From an uncultured delta proteobacterium (GTDB taxonomy: Bacteria; Desulfobacterota; Binatia; JACPRU01): a stretch of DNA of 64,000 nt. Position numbers and translations under genes: made by a program. The notes beneath the pieces were generated by a model. The model ran no database searches. It saw nothing but the letters and a program-made list of their open reading frames with translations, and was not told the origin of the DNA. The stretch spans positions 160,001-224,000 of the forward strand of contig CAVUWD010000010.1 of NCBI GenBank assembly GCA_963745025.1, given 5' to 3'. The first letter of the stretch is position 1. The number at the start of each line of letters is the position of its first letter. Shown in pieces: positions 27,535 through 39,443 of this stretch.

Positions 27535-29661
27535 TCATTTCCCGCGGCGCGCGGAATTATTTCCGCCGAACTTGGTAGCCGAATCGCGGGCGGGCACGCG
27601 CTCGAGATCGGCGAGCCACACCTCGGCGACGCCGTCCGAAGGCGCGCGCCAGTCGGCGCGCGGCGAGAGTGAGCCGCCCGATCCGACCTTGGGGCCGTTC
27701 GGAAGCGCGCTCCGCTTGAACTGGGTCGTCTGGAAGAAGCGCTCGAGGAAGACGCGCAGCCACTGCTTGATCACCGCGAGCGAGTACTCGTCCTTCCATG
27801 CGCTCCACGCCAGGAAGGCGACCTTCGAGGGCGCGTAGCCGAAGCGCAGCACGTGGTAGAGGCTGAAATCCTGCAGGGTGTAGGGGCCGATCACCGATTC
27901 GCTGAGCTGCCCCGGCTGGCGCGGGCTTTCGCCGGGTACGAGCTCGGGGCTGATCCCGGTGGCGAGCACCTGGGCGAGCGTTTGGCTCGCCGCCGAGTCG
28001 AACTGACCGGAGTCCGCCACCCATTCGATCAAGTATCGGATGAGCGTCTTCGGCACGCTCGCGTTGACCGCGTAGTGTGACATCTGGTCGCCGACACCGT
28101 AGGTGCACCAGCCGAGCGCGAGCTCGGAGAGATCGCCCGTGCCGACAACGAGCGCACCGTGCCGGTTGGCGAGGCGGAAGAGATGGCTGGTTCGCTCGCC
28201 GGCTTGAACGTTCTCGAACGTCAGGTCGTAGACCTTCTGCCCGCGCGCATAGGGATGACCGAGATCCTCGAGCATCTTCCGGCACGAGGGCCTAACGTCG
28301 ATCTCTTCGGCGGTCGCACCGATCGCTCGCATCAGCTGCCAAGCCTGCCGCTTGGTGCGAGCGCTGGTCGCGAAGCCGGGCAGGGTGTAGGCGAGGATGT
28401 TCTTCCGCGGCAGCGAGAGCTCGTCCATCGCGCGTGCGCAGACGAGCAGCGCCTGCGTCGAATCGAGGCCCCCGGAAACGCCGATGACGAGCTTCTTCGT
28501 GCCGGTAGCCCGCATGCGCGTCACCAGACCCTGCACTTGGATGCGGTACACTTCCTCGCAGCGTGCATCGCGCGTCTGAGGATCCGCCGGCACATAGGGG
28601 AAGCGAGCCACCGGGCGCTCGAGAGCGAGCCGGCCGCTCGGCAGCTCGAGCGAAAAGTCGATCGTGCGAAATCGTGCGACCTCCGTTGCGTGTCGGCGGA
28701 CCGACTCGCCGAAAGAGTTTTGGCGCATGCGGTCCGCGGCGAGCCGATCGAGATCGACGTCGGCGACGGTGAGCTGGGGGTCGCTGGAGAAGCGTTGCGA
28801 TTCGGCGAGCAGCGTTCCGTTCTCCCAAACCATCGCGTGCCCGTCCCATGCCAGGTCGGTGGTGGATTCGCCGGGTCCGGCCGCGCTGTAGAGATACGCG
28901 GCGAGGCAGCGCGCCGACTGGTTGGCGGCGAGCTCGCGACGATACTCGTGCTTGGCTACCACGACGTTGGAGGCCGAGAGGTTGGCGACGACCGTGGCGC
29001 CGGCGAGCGCGGCGAAGCTCGAGGGCGGCGCCGGGACCCACAGGTCCTCGCAGATCTCCGTGAAGAGCACGAGCCTCGGCTGCTCGCGGAGCCGGAAGAG
29101 AAGGCCTGGGCCGAATGGGGCGGTCTGTCCGGCGATCGTGACCTCGTCGCGGCTGCAGGTGCTGCCCGGAGTGAATTGGCGTAGCTCGTAGAACTCCCGA
29201 TAGTTCGGCAGGTACTGCTTCGGCACGACGCCGAGGAGCCTGCCCCGACAGATCAGCGCGGCGCAGTTGTAGAGGAGCGCATCGACGGCGACCGGCAGTC
29301 CGACCAGCACGGCAATCGATAGGTCTCGCGTGCGCGTGAGGAGAGTCGCGAGCGCGCTCTCGGCACCGCGCAGCAGCGCCTCTTGGTGAAAGAGGTCCTC
29401 ACAGCTGTATGCGGAGAGCCCGAGCTCTGGAAACACACAGACGATCGCTCTCTTCCGCGCGGCCTCTCGGATCAGCGCGACCGTGCCCTCCGCGTTGAAC
29501 GCGGGGTCCCCGACGCGCACCGGCGGGGTGGCCACCGCCACGCGCACGAACCCATGCGTATAAAGACTGAAGAAGCTCGAAGGAGCTCGAATGGGTCGAC
29601 TCGTTCTCCCCACTGGGGGTATCGCCGGTCGAGAAGCAGCGGTGAGGTCGGTACTCTTCAC
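27535..29661 (-). CDS. nadE: Glutamine-dependent NAD+ synthetase
   Basis: [44 protein letters not shown] and SPRADW motifs. Confidence 0.95.
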   Translation of the reverse strand: MKSTDLTAASRPAIPPVGRTSRPIRAPSSFFSLYTHGFVRVAVATPPVRVGDPAFNAEGTVALIREAARKRAIVCVFPELGLSAYSCEDLFHQEALLRGAESALATLLTRTRDLSIAVLVGLPVAVDALLYNCAALICRGRLLGVVPKQYLPNYREFYELRQFTPGSTCSRDEVTIAGQTAPFGPGLLFRLREQPRLVLFTEICEDLWVPAPPSSFAALAGATVVANLSASNVVVAKHEYRRELAANQSARCLAAYLYSAAGPGESTTDLAWDGHAMVWENGTLLAESQRFSSDPQLTVADVDLDRLAADRMRQNSFGESVRRHATEVARFRTIDFSLELPSGRLALERPVARFPYVPADPQTRDARCEEVYRIQVQGLVTRMRATGTKKLVIGVSGGLDSTQALLVCARAMDELSLPRKNILAYTLPGFATSARTKRQAWQLMRAIGATAEEIDVRPSCRKMLEDLGHPYARGQKVYDLTFENVQAGERTSHLFRLANRHGALVVGTGDLSELALGWCTYGVGDQMSHYAVNASVPKTLIRYLIEWVADSGQFDSAASQTLAQVLATGISPELVPGESPRQPGQLSESVIGPYTLQDFSLYHVLRFGYAPSKVAFLAWSAWKDEYSLAVIKQWLRVFLERFFQTTQFKRSALPNGPKVGSGGSLSPRADWRAPSDGVAEVWLADLERVPARDSATKFGGNNSARRGK

Positions 29662-29677
29662 GAAAGCGCGCGCGAAT

Positions 29678-31120
29678 TCAACGGCTTCTGCACCCCTCTC
29701 CCCGTTGGGGAGAATTCGGCGCCCGAAGCAAGCGGTGCGCCGCCAGACCGAGCCCGAACCAGCCGAGGCTCAGCCACACCGAGGAGTCGCCGCGCAGAGC
29801 GAGAATCGCCACCACCGAGAGGCTGGCGGCGGCGAAGATGAGAGGGGGAACGGGGTAGAGAGGCACGCGGTACGGGCGATCGAGATCGGGCTGGCGCCAC
29901 CGCAGCACCATCACGGCGAGCACGGAGAGCGCGGCCGTGACGAGCATCGCGCTCGAGGTGTAGGCGAGAAGCTCGTCGAAACGGCGGAAGGTGACGAGCA
30001 CGATCGACCATGCCGCTTGAAGCCAAAGCGCGGCTACCGGCGCGCCGGTTCGCGGATCGCGTCGGGCGGCAAACGCGAGGCCCTCGCCGTTCCGCGCCAT
30101 GGCTTGCACGATGCGCGATCCACCGAGCACGGTGCCGTTGATCGAAGCGAGGACGGCGCAGAGGATGAGCAGCGTGGCCACGGCTTCGCCCGCGGTGCCG
30201 AAAAGCTCGCGCGCAGCTGCCGTTCCCGCCTCGCCGACGAGCGCCAGGCGGCGCAGCGGGAAGAGCGCCGCGAAACCGACACAGAGAACGAGGTACACGG
30301 CGGCCACGCCGGCGGTGCCGCCGATGAGCGCTCGCGGCAGGCTCCGCTCCGGATGGCGGATCTCGCCCGCCACGTAGATCGCGGCGTTCCAGCCGGAGTA
30401 GGCGAAGTAGACCGGCAGGAAGGCGGCGGCCAGCGCGCCGGCATCGAAGGCCCCGGCAGGGGCCGCAACCCCTGGCAACCCGCGCACGGCGACGACGACG
30501 CTGCTGGTGGCTGCGAGAAGAACGACCGGCACGCCGGCAAGCAGCAGCTCGACTCGGCCCGAGACGACGATCCCGAGATGGTTGATCGCCGTGAAGGCGA
30601 CGACGATCAGGCTTGCCCAGAGGGGCGCCGCGGCAAGCTCGACGCCGAGAAACCGAATCGGCTCGGCGGCGGCAGGACCGAGGAGCGCCGGCAGCTGGAA
30701 GGAGGCAGCCGCCACGGCCAGCGCCGCCAGCGATCCCGGAAAGATCGCGAGAATTTGCACGACGCCCGCGGCGAATGCGATCGGCTTTCCGTAGGCCTCG
30801 CGCAGGTAGACGTACTCGCCGCCGGAGCGCGGCATCATCGCGCCCAGCTCGGCGACCGAGAGGGCGCCACAGAGCGCGACCACTGCGCCCGCGGTCCAGA
30901 CGAGAAGGTACCAGACGGTCGAGCTCACGTGAGCGGCGACCTGTGGTGGGCCGATGAAGATGCCGATGCCGAGCATCGAGCCGGCGACGAACGAGGCAGC
31001 CTGCCAGCCCCCGGCGCGCGGCGGGCCCTGTTCCGTCGGCGCCGCGGCTGCGAACGTGGCTTCGGGCGCCGGTCGTGCTCGCGGACTCTTGCCGCCTTGG
31101 ATCGCGTGCGTGCCGCTCAT
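29678..31120 (-). CDS. APC-family amino acid permease
   Basis: [30 protein letters not shown] and RPYRVPLYP motifs. Confidence 0.92.
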   Translation of the reverse strand: MSGTHAIQGGKSPRARPAPEATFAAAAPTEQGPPRAGGWQAASFVAGSMLGIGIFIGPPQVAAHVSSTVWYLLVWTAGAVVALCGALSVAELGAMMPRSGGEYVYLREAYGKPIAFAAGVVQILAIFPGSLAALAVAAASFQLPALLGPAAAEPIRFLGVELAAAPLWASLIVVAFTAINHLGIVVSGRVELLLAGVPVVLLAATSSVVVAVRGLPGVAAPAGAFDAGALAAAFLPVYFAYSGWNAAIYVAGEIRHPERSLPRALIGGTAGVAAVYLVLCVGFAALFPLRRLALVGEAGTAAARELFGTAGEAVATLLILCAVLASINGTVLGGSRIVQAMARNGEGLAFAARRDPRTGAPVAALWLQAAWSIVLVTFRRFDELLAYTSSAMLVTAALSVLAVMVLRWRQPDLDRPYRVPLYPVPPLIFAAASLSVVAILALRGDSSVWLSLGWFGLGLAAHRLLRAPNSPQRGEGCRSR

Positions 31121-31378
31121 CGGAGGTTAAGGCCTGGAAGCACCGCCGAGCCGCCCGTTACGTGAGTGATCGCGTTGCGGTCGTATTCGTCGTGCGACCG
31201 ATACGAGGCGAAGGAGCGCAGCATCACCTCGACGCGGTCGATCCAGACACCCACGGCTTTGAGTCCCACGGCAACACCATAGTTCGTGAAGGCGAACTTC
31301 CTAGCGCGGGGATCGGGCTCACTGCAAAAATAGCCGCGCGTCGAGACGCCGCAGGACCTCCGCGACTTCGGCGTGCAT
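31117..31378 (-). pseudogene. Internally deleted hypothetical gene remnant
   Basis: ATG overlaps the upstream stop (MHAEVAEVLRRLD), joined out of frame to GYFCSEP..KFAFTNYGVAVGL..DEYDRNAITHV..PG, whose TGA overlaps the permease ATG. Confidence 0.55.
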
Positions 31379-33365
31379 CACGCCGGTCCGTAAAGCGAGA
31401 AGGGATGCGATCGCGGGAAGCCTCGGGCCGCGGGCTCGGTGATCGGGTGCACGCTACGGGCCTCGTCGAACCAGATGTACTCGTCGAACTGGTGGGGCAA
31501 GGATGCGTGCAGGTAGTGGCTCGCGAGCTCGGTCTCGGGGCGGTAGACGACGCCGATCGCACGCTCGAGGCGCGGCGCCTCGAGCTCGAAACGAACCTCT
31601 GGCCGGTTCGGCTCCCGCAAGTGGAGTAGGAACGCTGCGACCGCCGAGTCGTGGCAGAGCCGCTCGTAGCTCTCGGGATGTGCGGGCCGGACCTTCATGA
31701 TCTGCATGGGACCGTCCCACGCGCTCGCCGCCGCCACCGTGCCGTGATCCGTTCCGAAGCCGATCAGGAACGCGCGATCGCCGTATGCCTCGCGACAGAG
31801 CGACCCGACGTTCAGCTCCCCGCGTATCCCCATTTCCGTGGCGGCGGCGTCACCGAGGTGCGAGTTGTGCTCCCACAAGACGGCCTTCGAATCGGGCCCA
31901 TGAAAAAGCAGCAGCGCCTGCAGGGTTTCGAACATGTGCCGGTCGCGGAGATTCCACGACTCGACTCCGCCGTAGTACATGACTCGGTAGTAGCGCTCGG
32001 CGTCGGCGATCAGCCGCGCGTTCTGCGCCGCATCGAAGTAGCGCTCGCCGTCGCGCTCGGAGTACTCGACCTGCCGTGCCACCATGTCGCGGAGCATCGC
32101 CACGGCCTCCTTCTCGCAAACTCTGTAGCGGCCGGTGGTCGCGGCACGACCGTAGGTGGCGGCGTCTCCTTCCCAGGGAGTCAGGCATCCGTAGCGCTCG
32201 CGCGCGACGTTCGCCGTCGGCGGATCGACGCGGTCGAGGTAGTCGAGGACCAGGCGGATCGAGGTGTACATGCTGTAGAGGTCTAGGCCGAAGAAGCCCG
32301 CCACCCGAGGCCGCCGCACGGCATTCCATTCGCGGAGCCACTCGACGAAGCCGAGAACCTCTTGATTGCGCCACATCCACGTCGGGAATCGCGCGAAGGC
32401 GCGCCAGGCGCGGTCTACTTCGGTCATCCCCTGGACGTAGCGGTTGACGCGCATCGCGTCCGGCCAGTCGGCCTCGACGGCGACGATGTTGAATCCGCGC
32501 GAGCGGATGAGCTCCCGCGTGAGGCGTGCGCGCAACCGGTAGAACTCCGAGGTCCCGTGCGTGGCCTCGCCGATCAGCACGAGCCGCGCGTTGCCGATGC
32601 GCTCGAGGAGCGCTCCGAGATCCGCTTCCTCGAGATCCTGGAAGGGCTCCGCGACCTCGCGGATCAGGCCGGCCACCGTGGCCGGGCGGCTCGGCGGCCG
32701 CGGCGATGGCGCCCGTTCCTCGACCTCCCAGCCTTCGGCGCCGATGAGGGGGACGAAGCGGACGGCGCCCAGGTCTTCCTCCGAGAGCTGGCCGTCCAAG
32801 CCACGCGTGATTCGAACGAGCGTCTGGGCTTTCTCCTCCCCGACGGGGATGACGAGCCTCCCCCCACCGCGAGCTGGTCGAGAAGCGACGGCGGCACCTT
32901 CGGCCCTCCCGCGGCGACCACGATGGCGTCGTAAGGCGCATGCTCCGAGCAGCCGAGAGTTCCGTCGCCGTGTAGGACCGACACGTTGTCGAAGCCGAGG
33001 TCGCGCAGGCGTCGCGAGGCGATCCTCGCGAGCTCCTCGTGGCGCTCCACGGTATAGACCTCGCGCGCCATGCGGCTCAGGACGGCTGCCGCGTAACCCG
33101 AGCCGGTTCCGATCTCGAGCACTCGATCGCCCGGCCCGAGCTCGAGCGCGGCCGCCATCAGCGCGACGATGTAGGGCTGAGAGATCGTCTGCCCGCTCTC
33201 GATCGGTAGCGGCGTGTCCTGGTAGGCAAACTCCGCGAGCTCCGGCGGTACGAAGACCTCGCGCGGAACGGATCGCATCGCCGCGAGCGCCGCCGGGTCG
33301 CGGACACCGCGCGCCGCGATCTGGGTCTCGACCATCTTCTCGCGTTCGGCCTGCTGGTTCTTCAC
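31378..33365 (-). CDS. pcm: Protein-L-isoaspartate O-methyltransferase fused to an erythromycin esterase domain; frameshift at the C6 run 32860-32865
   Basis: QTISQPY and VLEIGTGSGY; adding one G restores VGGRLVIPVG..VRFVPLIG into GEATHGT, AVEADWPD, WEHNSH and ERAIGVVY. Confidence 0.88.
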
Positions 33366-33374
33366 GCGAGGTGC

Positions 33375-33935
33375 CTAAGCCGCTCGTCCGCCGATCGGTA
33401 CCAAACTGCTCGCCTGCGGCCCCTTTTCGCCCGCTTCCTCCGCGAAACGTACCTCCGTGCCGATCTCCAGCCGGTCGAAGCTTCCTTCACGGACGCTGCT
33501 CTGGTGAAAGTAGATCTCGCGACCGTCCGGCGTCTCGATGAAGCCGTAACCCGCTTCGGGGAAGAGCTTCGCGACCCGACCCCGCAGCGGCTGGTCGTGT
33601 GTCTTCACGTCCGCCCGCACCTCGCGCGCATAGTCCTCGATCTGGCGCGTCGCCGCCTCGAACGCGTCGCGCAGCGCGACGTAGAGATCCTGGTGCGCGC
33701 CGTGCTCGGCCGGGTCGCGCTTGACGACGATCTCGCGTCCGGGAACCGAAACGTTGATGCGCACGTGATAGACGTTGCCCTTGTGGTGCCGGTGGTGCTG
33801 CGCCTCGACCATGACGCGGCAACTCGTGATGCGCGGGTAGAAGTGGTCGAGCCGATCGGCGTATTCCCGTACGCGAGCCTCTATGGCTTCGGACGAAGGA
33901 ATGCCGCGGAACGAAAGCTGTAGTGGAAGCTGCAT
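33375..33935 (-). CDS. HPF/RaiA ribosome-associated protein fused to a cold-shock domain
   Basis: MQLPLQLSFRG..ITSCRV..HHKG; GYGFI..IYFH..GEKGPQAS. Confidence 0.9.
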   Translation of the reverse strand: MQLPLQLSFRGIPSSEAIEARVREYADRLDHFYPRITSCRVMVEAQHHRHHKGNVYHVRINVSVPGREIVVKRDPAEHGAHQDLYVALRDAFEAATRQIEDYAREVRADVKTHDQPLRGRVAKLFPEAGYGFIETPDGREIYFHQSSVREGSFDRLEIGTEVRFAEEAGEKGPQASSLVPIGGRAA

Positions 33936-33972
33936 CCGTCTCTCTCCTATGGGCTCGAATGTAAACCGTCCG

Positions 33973-34431
33973 TCACGCCGCGATGTCCGCCACTTGCGGC
34001 CTCGCAAGCCGCTTGAAGTCCAAGTACTTCATGCGAATGCTCTCGGTGTGAGTGCCTGCCTGAAAGGCAATGTTCGTGTCGTCCTCGAGAGTGCGATCGA
34101 CGATCACCGGAAGCCCAAAGAGGTTGCCGAAGGGCGGCATGGCGCCGGTCTCGCACTGCGGGAACATCCGTTCGAACTCCTCCTCGGAGGCGAGACGAGC
34201 TTCTTTCTGTTGCACCGCGGCTGCGAACTTCACGAGATCGACCTTCTTCGGCGCCGGAAGCACCGCCATGAAAAAGCCGTTCGGCACCTTGACGATCGCA
34301 ACCTTCGCGTGCTCCCGGCCCGGCACGTGCTCGGCAGCCGCCACCTCCTGGGCCGTAAAGGCGATCCTGTGCGCGATTGGTTGGTACTGGACTCCGCTCG
34401 TATCGAGGAACTCCTTCAGCTTGGTAATCAT
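33973..34431 (-). CDS. YbaK/EbsC-family aminoacyl-tRNA deacylase
   Basis: AKVAIVK, FPQCETGAMPPFG and FQAGTH motifs; GGAGG RBS. Confidence 0.9.
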   Translation of the reverse strand: MITKLKEFLDTSGVQYQPIAHRIAFTAQEVAAAEHVPGREHAKVAIVKVPNGFFMAVLPAPKKVDLVKFAAAVQQKEARLASEEEFERMFPQCETGAMPPFGNLFGLPVIVDRTLEDDTNIAFQAGTHTESIRMKYLDFKRLARPQVADIAA

Positions 34432-34607
34432 GACTGTACCTCCCTTTCTCCGAGATATGTAAGCAAGGAACATACAACGCCCGCGGGATGGATCATTCCG
34501 GTTGCCAATTTACCATCGATGCGAAAGCAGGCATGCTGAATTCCCAGAACTGGGAGCCTCCGTTCTTAGACGGCTGCTGGCGCTCGCGAAATTCGATTGC
34601 GGCGGTT

Positions 34608-34623
34608 TGGCAAGCGGATTGCG
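34608..34623 (+). promoter_or_regulatory. sigma-54 motif upstream of the avidin gene
   Basis: TGGCAAGCGGATTGCG, nearly identical to the 24211 motif. Confidence 0.7.
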
Positions 34624-34661
34624 AGGACGGTGGGTAAGGAACGAGAGGCAGGGAGGTCAAG

Positions 34662-35081
34662 ATGGCGATCACGCTTTCGGGAACTTGGTACAACCAGCAC
34701 GGTTCGGAGCTTCGGATCCAAGTCGACCCCGAAGGGAAGATCGATGGCAGCTTTCGCAGCGGGGTGGGATTCCCCGAAGCCGGGGAGGAGTTTCCCGTCA
34801 CCGGGTTCGCCCAAGGCGACCTCTTCGGATTCACGGTCAGTTTCGGGAAGTACGATTCGGTCACGTCGTGGACCGGTCACTCTGGCGTGGAAGACGACGA
34901 GGAGGTTCTTTCCAGCCTCTGGCACATGAGCGTCGGGCTGCTGCCCGGAACCGCCTCCGAAGGTCAGCTCTGGAAGGGCGTCTGGGCCGGAGCCGACGTC
35001 TTTCGCCGCGAGCGGCGTGAAGCGCGTCGCGGCTCGCGAGTGGCCCCATCGCATCCGATGATCCCACCCGCGGGCTGCTGA
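34662..35081 (+). CDS. Avidin/streptavidin family protein without a signal peptide
   Basis: GTWYNQHGS, GSFRSGVG, GFTVSF, SVTSWTG, LWH and WKGVWAGADVF align with streptavidin GTWYNQLGS, GTYESAVG, GWTVAW, SATTWSG, QWL and WKSTLVGHDTF; GGAGG RBS. Confidence 0.92.
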   Translation: MAITLSGTWYNQHGSELRIQVDPEGKIDGSFRSGVGFPEAGEEFPVTGFAQGDLFGFTVSFGKYDSVTSWTGHSGVEDDEEVLSSLWHMSVGLLPGTASEGQLWKGVWAGADVFRRERREARRGSRVAPSHPMIPPAGC

Positions 35082-35104
35082 ACGCGGGCTGGCATCAGGT
35101 ATCA

Positions 35105-35157
35105 GGCCTCGGGCTTCAGGAAAGGACTTCGCTGAGTCCTTGCTGAAGCCCGAAGCC
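35105..35157. repeat. Heptamer-periodic hairpin (REP/terminator-like) after the avidin gene
   Basis: TCGGGCTTCAG/CTGAAGCCCGA plus AAGGACT/AGTCCTT stems; preceded by GGCATCA-GGTATCA-GGCCTCG-GGCTTCA. Confidence 0.6.
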
Positions 35158-35283
35158 GGCGACGCGGCCTTTCGATGAGGATGTCCCGCCAGACTTTTCC
35201 GAACCGGGATTAGTGACGCCACTCTCGTGGAACGAATGGTGATCTGCGTGCGGGGTGGCAGGTGGAAATACGACGACGGCCGC

Positions 35284-36348
35284 GTGAGTCCGCGCACTCA
35301 CGTGCGAACCTCCATTTGGGGTGTCGCGACGGCGGTGGCCATTGCATTGTCGATCGCGCTACCGTGTGCGGGGGCAGATAGGCCGTACCACGCGCTGCCC
35401 TCGCTCGACGCGCTAGCCAAACCAACGGGACCCAATCTGTGGCTCGAATCCTACACCGAGGTCACTGGCTCGGTTGAGCCGCTCAACGGAGGGGTTCCCG
35501 AGGTACAGATGTCCGCCGAGCCGCGAGCCGCCGAAACGCGCCCGCATCTTTTCTTGGCCTTGGGTATTTCGGCCGGCGTCGTCGGAGGCATGGTGCTGAA
35601 CTCCCTCACGGATGGCAAGACGCAGCCTTACCACTTCGCGACCGAAGGATGGTTCCGCGAGAACACCTATGTCGGCGGAGGAGACAAGGCCTCGCACTTC
35701 GTTTCATTCGAGATCATCTCCCTTGAGCTGGCCACGACGTTCCAGTATCTCGGTTTCTCGCGATGGCAGTCCGAACTCGGCGGATTCGCCGTGTCGTCGC
35801 TGACCGGCCTGACCAACGAGATCTGTGATGGCGCCAACAAGTACGGATTCTCTTATGAGGATCTTGTGATGGATGTCCTTGGGGCAGGCACGGCCGCGCT
35901 CACCTCCGCCACCGGAACAGGTGATCTCATCGGCTTTCGCGTCGGGCTATTGCCAGGTCCGGTGCCGCCCGCGGATGACGACGGCTTTGGAACTGGACGG
36001 GACTACTCGCACGAGATCTACACCGCCGACTTCAAGCTCCGCGGATTCGCCAGACGTCTCAGCCTAGGGGAGAAGGCTGCCAGGTTCGTGCTGGTATCAA
36101 CCACCTACGGCGTGGAAGGCTACCCATACGGAACGTCAGATCAGCAGAAGCGGCTCGTTGGTTTTGAGGTCGGCGTGAACTTCGAGGAGATCCTGTACGC
36201 ACTGGACGTGGACCAACAGAAGTGGTGGGGGATCGTCGCTCATGCACTGTTGGACAACTTTCGCATTCCGTACACCCAGCTCGGATTCCGATACGATCTC
36301 AACCATGGCAACTGGTACGGGCCGGTTGTTGGCAGCACCACGATGTAG
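35284..36348 (+). CDS. DUF2279/YfiM-like exported protein
   Basis: Signal peptide; GGDKASHF and EICDG..GFSYEDLVMD motifs; start uncertain. Confidence 0.7.
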   Translation: MSPRTHVRTSIWGVATAVAIALSIALPCAGADRPYHALPSLDALAKPTGPNLWLESYTEVTGSVEPLNGGVPEVQMSAEPRAAETRPHLFLALGISAGVVGGMVLNSLTDGKTQPYHFATEGWFRENTYVGGGDKASHFVSFEIISLELATTFQYLGFSRWQSELGGFAVSSLTGLTNEICDGANKYGFSYEDLVMDVLGAGTAALTSATGTGDLIGFRVGLLPGPVPPADDDGFGTGRDYSHEIYTADFKLRGFARRLSLGEKAARFVLVSTTYGVEGYPYGTSDQQKRLVGFEVGVNFEEILYALDVDQQKWWGIVAHALLDNFRIPYTQLGFRYDLNHGNWYGPVVGSTTM

Positions 36349-36536
36349 TCGAGGCAGTCCAAGACCGTTTCGTTCGAGTGGCAGTCGTAGCAGGCGGCTC
36401 GAAATCTCGCTTTGACCTCGGGTGGCGCGGAAAAGTCGCTCTCTACCGGGGGGTTGCTGCGCTCTACGCGCACGAGCTGCGCGATGACCAGAAAGGCGAT
36501 GCTGCCGATCCCGAGCATCCTGAGAACGCGTCGCAC
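36349..36536 (-). pseudogene. Truncated heme-binding (Haem_bd-type) cytochrome c domain gene
   Basis: IAQLVRVERSNPPV..AACYDCHSNET; homology stops where the opposite-strand DUF2279 gene ends. Confidence 0.75.
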
Positions 36537-36576
36537 TCGCGCCTCCTCTCCGAGACTCCGCCAATTGCCGTGGAAG

Positions 36577-37026
36577 CTACTTTTCCTGGATCGATCGGAT
36601 GTAGTCGGCGAGGGTTCGTGACTGAAGCAAGCCGGTATACTCGCGATAGAACTGTGTCTTCAGCTCCTCGTCGAAGACCGCGCCCCACACGGGCATCTCC
36701 CGCGGGCCGTGCTCCTTCACCCATCGTCGCCCGTCTATGAAGGAGAGAAGCTTGGGCTCGTCGAGCTTACCCCCGTCCTTCTTTGCGAGCTGGGTGAGAT
36801 CGGTTGGCCTGCGCTTGAGAGTCTCGGCGAGCGGGCCGTCGCCGCGGCACTGAAGGCCGTGGCACGAAGCACAATAGCGTCGGTAGAGAGCCTCGCCGCT
36901 CGGCGAGGTCGGTTCGCTCGAGCATCGCGCGAACGCGAGAAAGACGGCGCTGGCTAGCGAGAGAGACAACAAGAGCCGTGCCGACACGCGGTGGCCCGAC
37001 GCCCCTCCTTGCCCGTTCGCATCCAT
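36577..37026 (-). CDS. Monoheme cytochrome c (paralog of 23279-23686)
   Basis: CASCH; HGPREMPVWG; ends IQEK like its paralog. Confidence 0.9.
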   Translation of the reverse strand: MDANGQGGASGHRVSARLLLSLSLASAVFLAFARCSSEPTSPSGEALYRRYCASCHGLQCRGDGPLAETLKRRPTDLTQLAKKDGGKLDEPKLLSFIDGRRWVKEHGPREMPVWGAVFDEELKTQFYREYTGLLQSRTLADYIRSIQEK

Positions 37027-37032
37027 CGGGCG

Positions 37033-38646
<1,614 letters not shown>

Positions 38647-38745
38647 GGGACTTCCTCGGCGCCCGCGAACTCAGCGCTTCGTGAGTACCGCCAAGCGCAA
38701 TCGCGCCTCTCTCCTCGGCATCGTCATGACGGGGGCGGAGTCCAG

Positions 38746-39216
38746 CTACTTCTTGCCCTCGATCTGGACAGAAACCTTCTTCGGCGCGAGTTCCTTCGGA
38801 ACCGGCATGCTGATCTCGAGAACGCCCTTGTCGTAGCTCGCCTTGATCTTGTCGGCGTCGACCTTCCCGGGAAGCCGCATGCTGCGCTCGAAGCTGCCGT
38901 AAGCGATCTCCTCGTGTGTGTAGTCTCCCTCTTTCTTCTCCTCCTTGTGCTTGCGCTCGCCCTTCACGGTCAGCACGTCGCCGGTCACACTGACGTCGAC
39001 TTCTTTCGGGGAGACTCCCGGAAGATCCATGCGCACGACGAGGTTGTCGTTCCGCACCAAGCTCTCCATCGCGGGATGGCCTTTCCCCGCGAACGCCGTG
39101 CCTTCGAACGGTGTTCGCCCCATGAATCGGGCGAAGAGGTCATCGAGGTCGTGGTGCCACTCTTCGAGCTCCCGAAAGGGCTCTTCGTGACGTCTCCATG
39201 GGATCAATGAGCGCAT
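38746..39216 (-). CDS. Hsp20/alpha-crystallin small heat shock protein
   Basis: DLPGV, LTVKGER, YGSFERS and ASYDKGVLEI motifs; GGAGG RBS. Confidence 0.95.
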   Translation of the reverse strand: MRSLIPWRRHEEPFRELEEWHHDLDDLFARFMGRTPFEGTAFAGKGHPAMESLVRNDNLVVRMDLPGVSPKEVDVSVTGDVLTVKGERKHKEEKKEGDYTHEEIAYGSFERSMRLPGKVDADKIKASYDKGVLEISMPVPKELAPKKVSVQIEGKK

Positions 39217-39269
39217 GTTCTTTTCCTCCTTCTCTTCTCGGATGACCGAGACATCTAATCGCAGCGAGA

Positions 39270-39285
39270 TGCAATCCCCGGACCA
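39270..39285 (-). promoter_or_regulatory. sigma-54 motif upstream of the hsp20-groEL-cytochrome c operon
   Basis: TGGTCCGGGGATTGCA. Confidence 0.65.
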
Positions 39286-39443
39286 CGCGCTGCAGCGCGA
39301 TTCCGTGCGATCCGGCGTTCGATCCGAATTGCGAACATGAGAATTGCTGGCGTGGCTCTCCCGAAAACAGGAAGAACCGAATGGCTAACTTTCGCTTCAA
39401 GGGTAAGCTCCCGATGCACGGCCAACGTCCTCACACTTCACGT

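Noticed and set aside
31378-32799. Macrolide resistance gene (ereA/ereB)
   Set aside because: The domain is fused to Pcm and is of the Rv2030c-like type; no resistance or integron context
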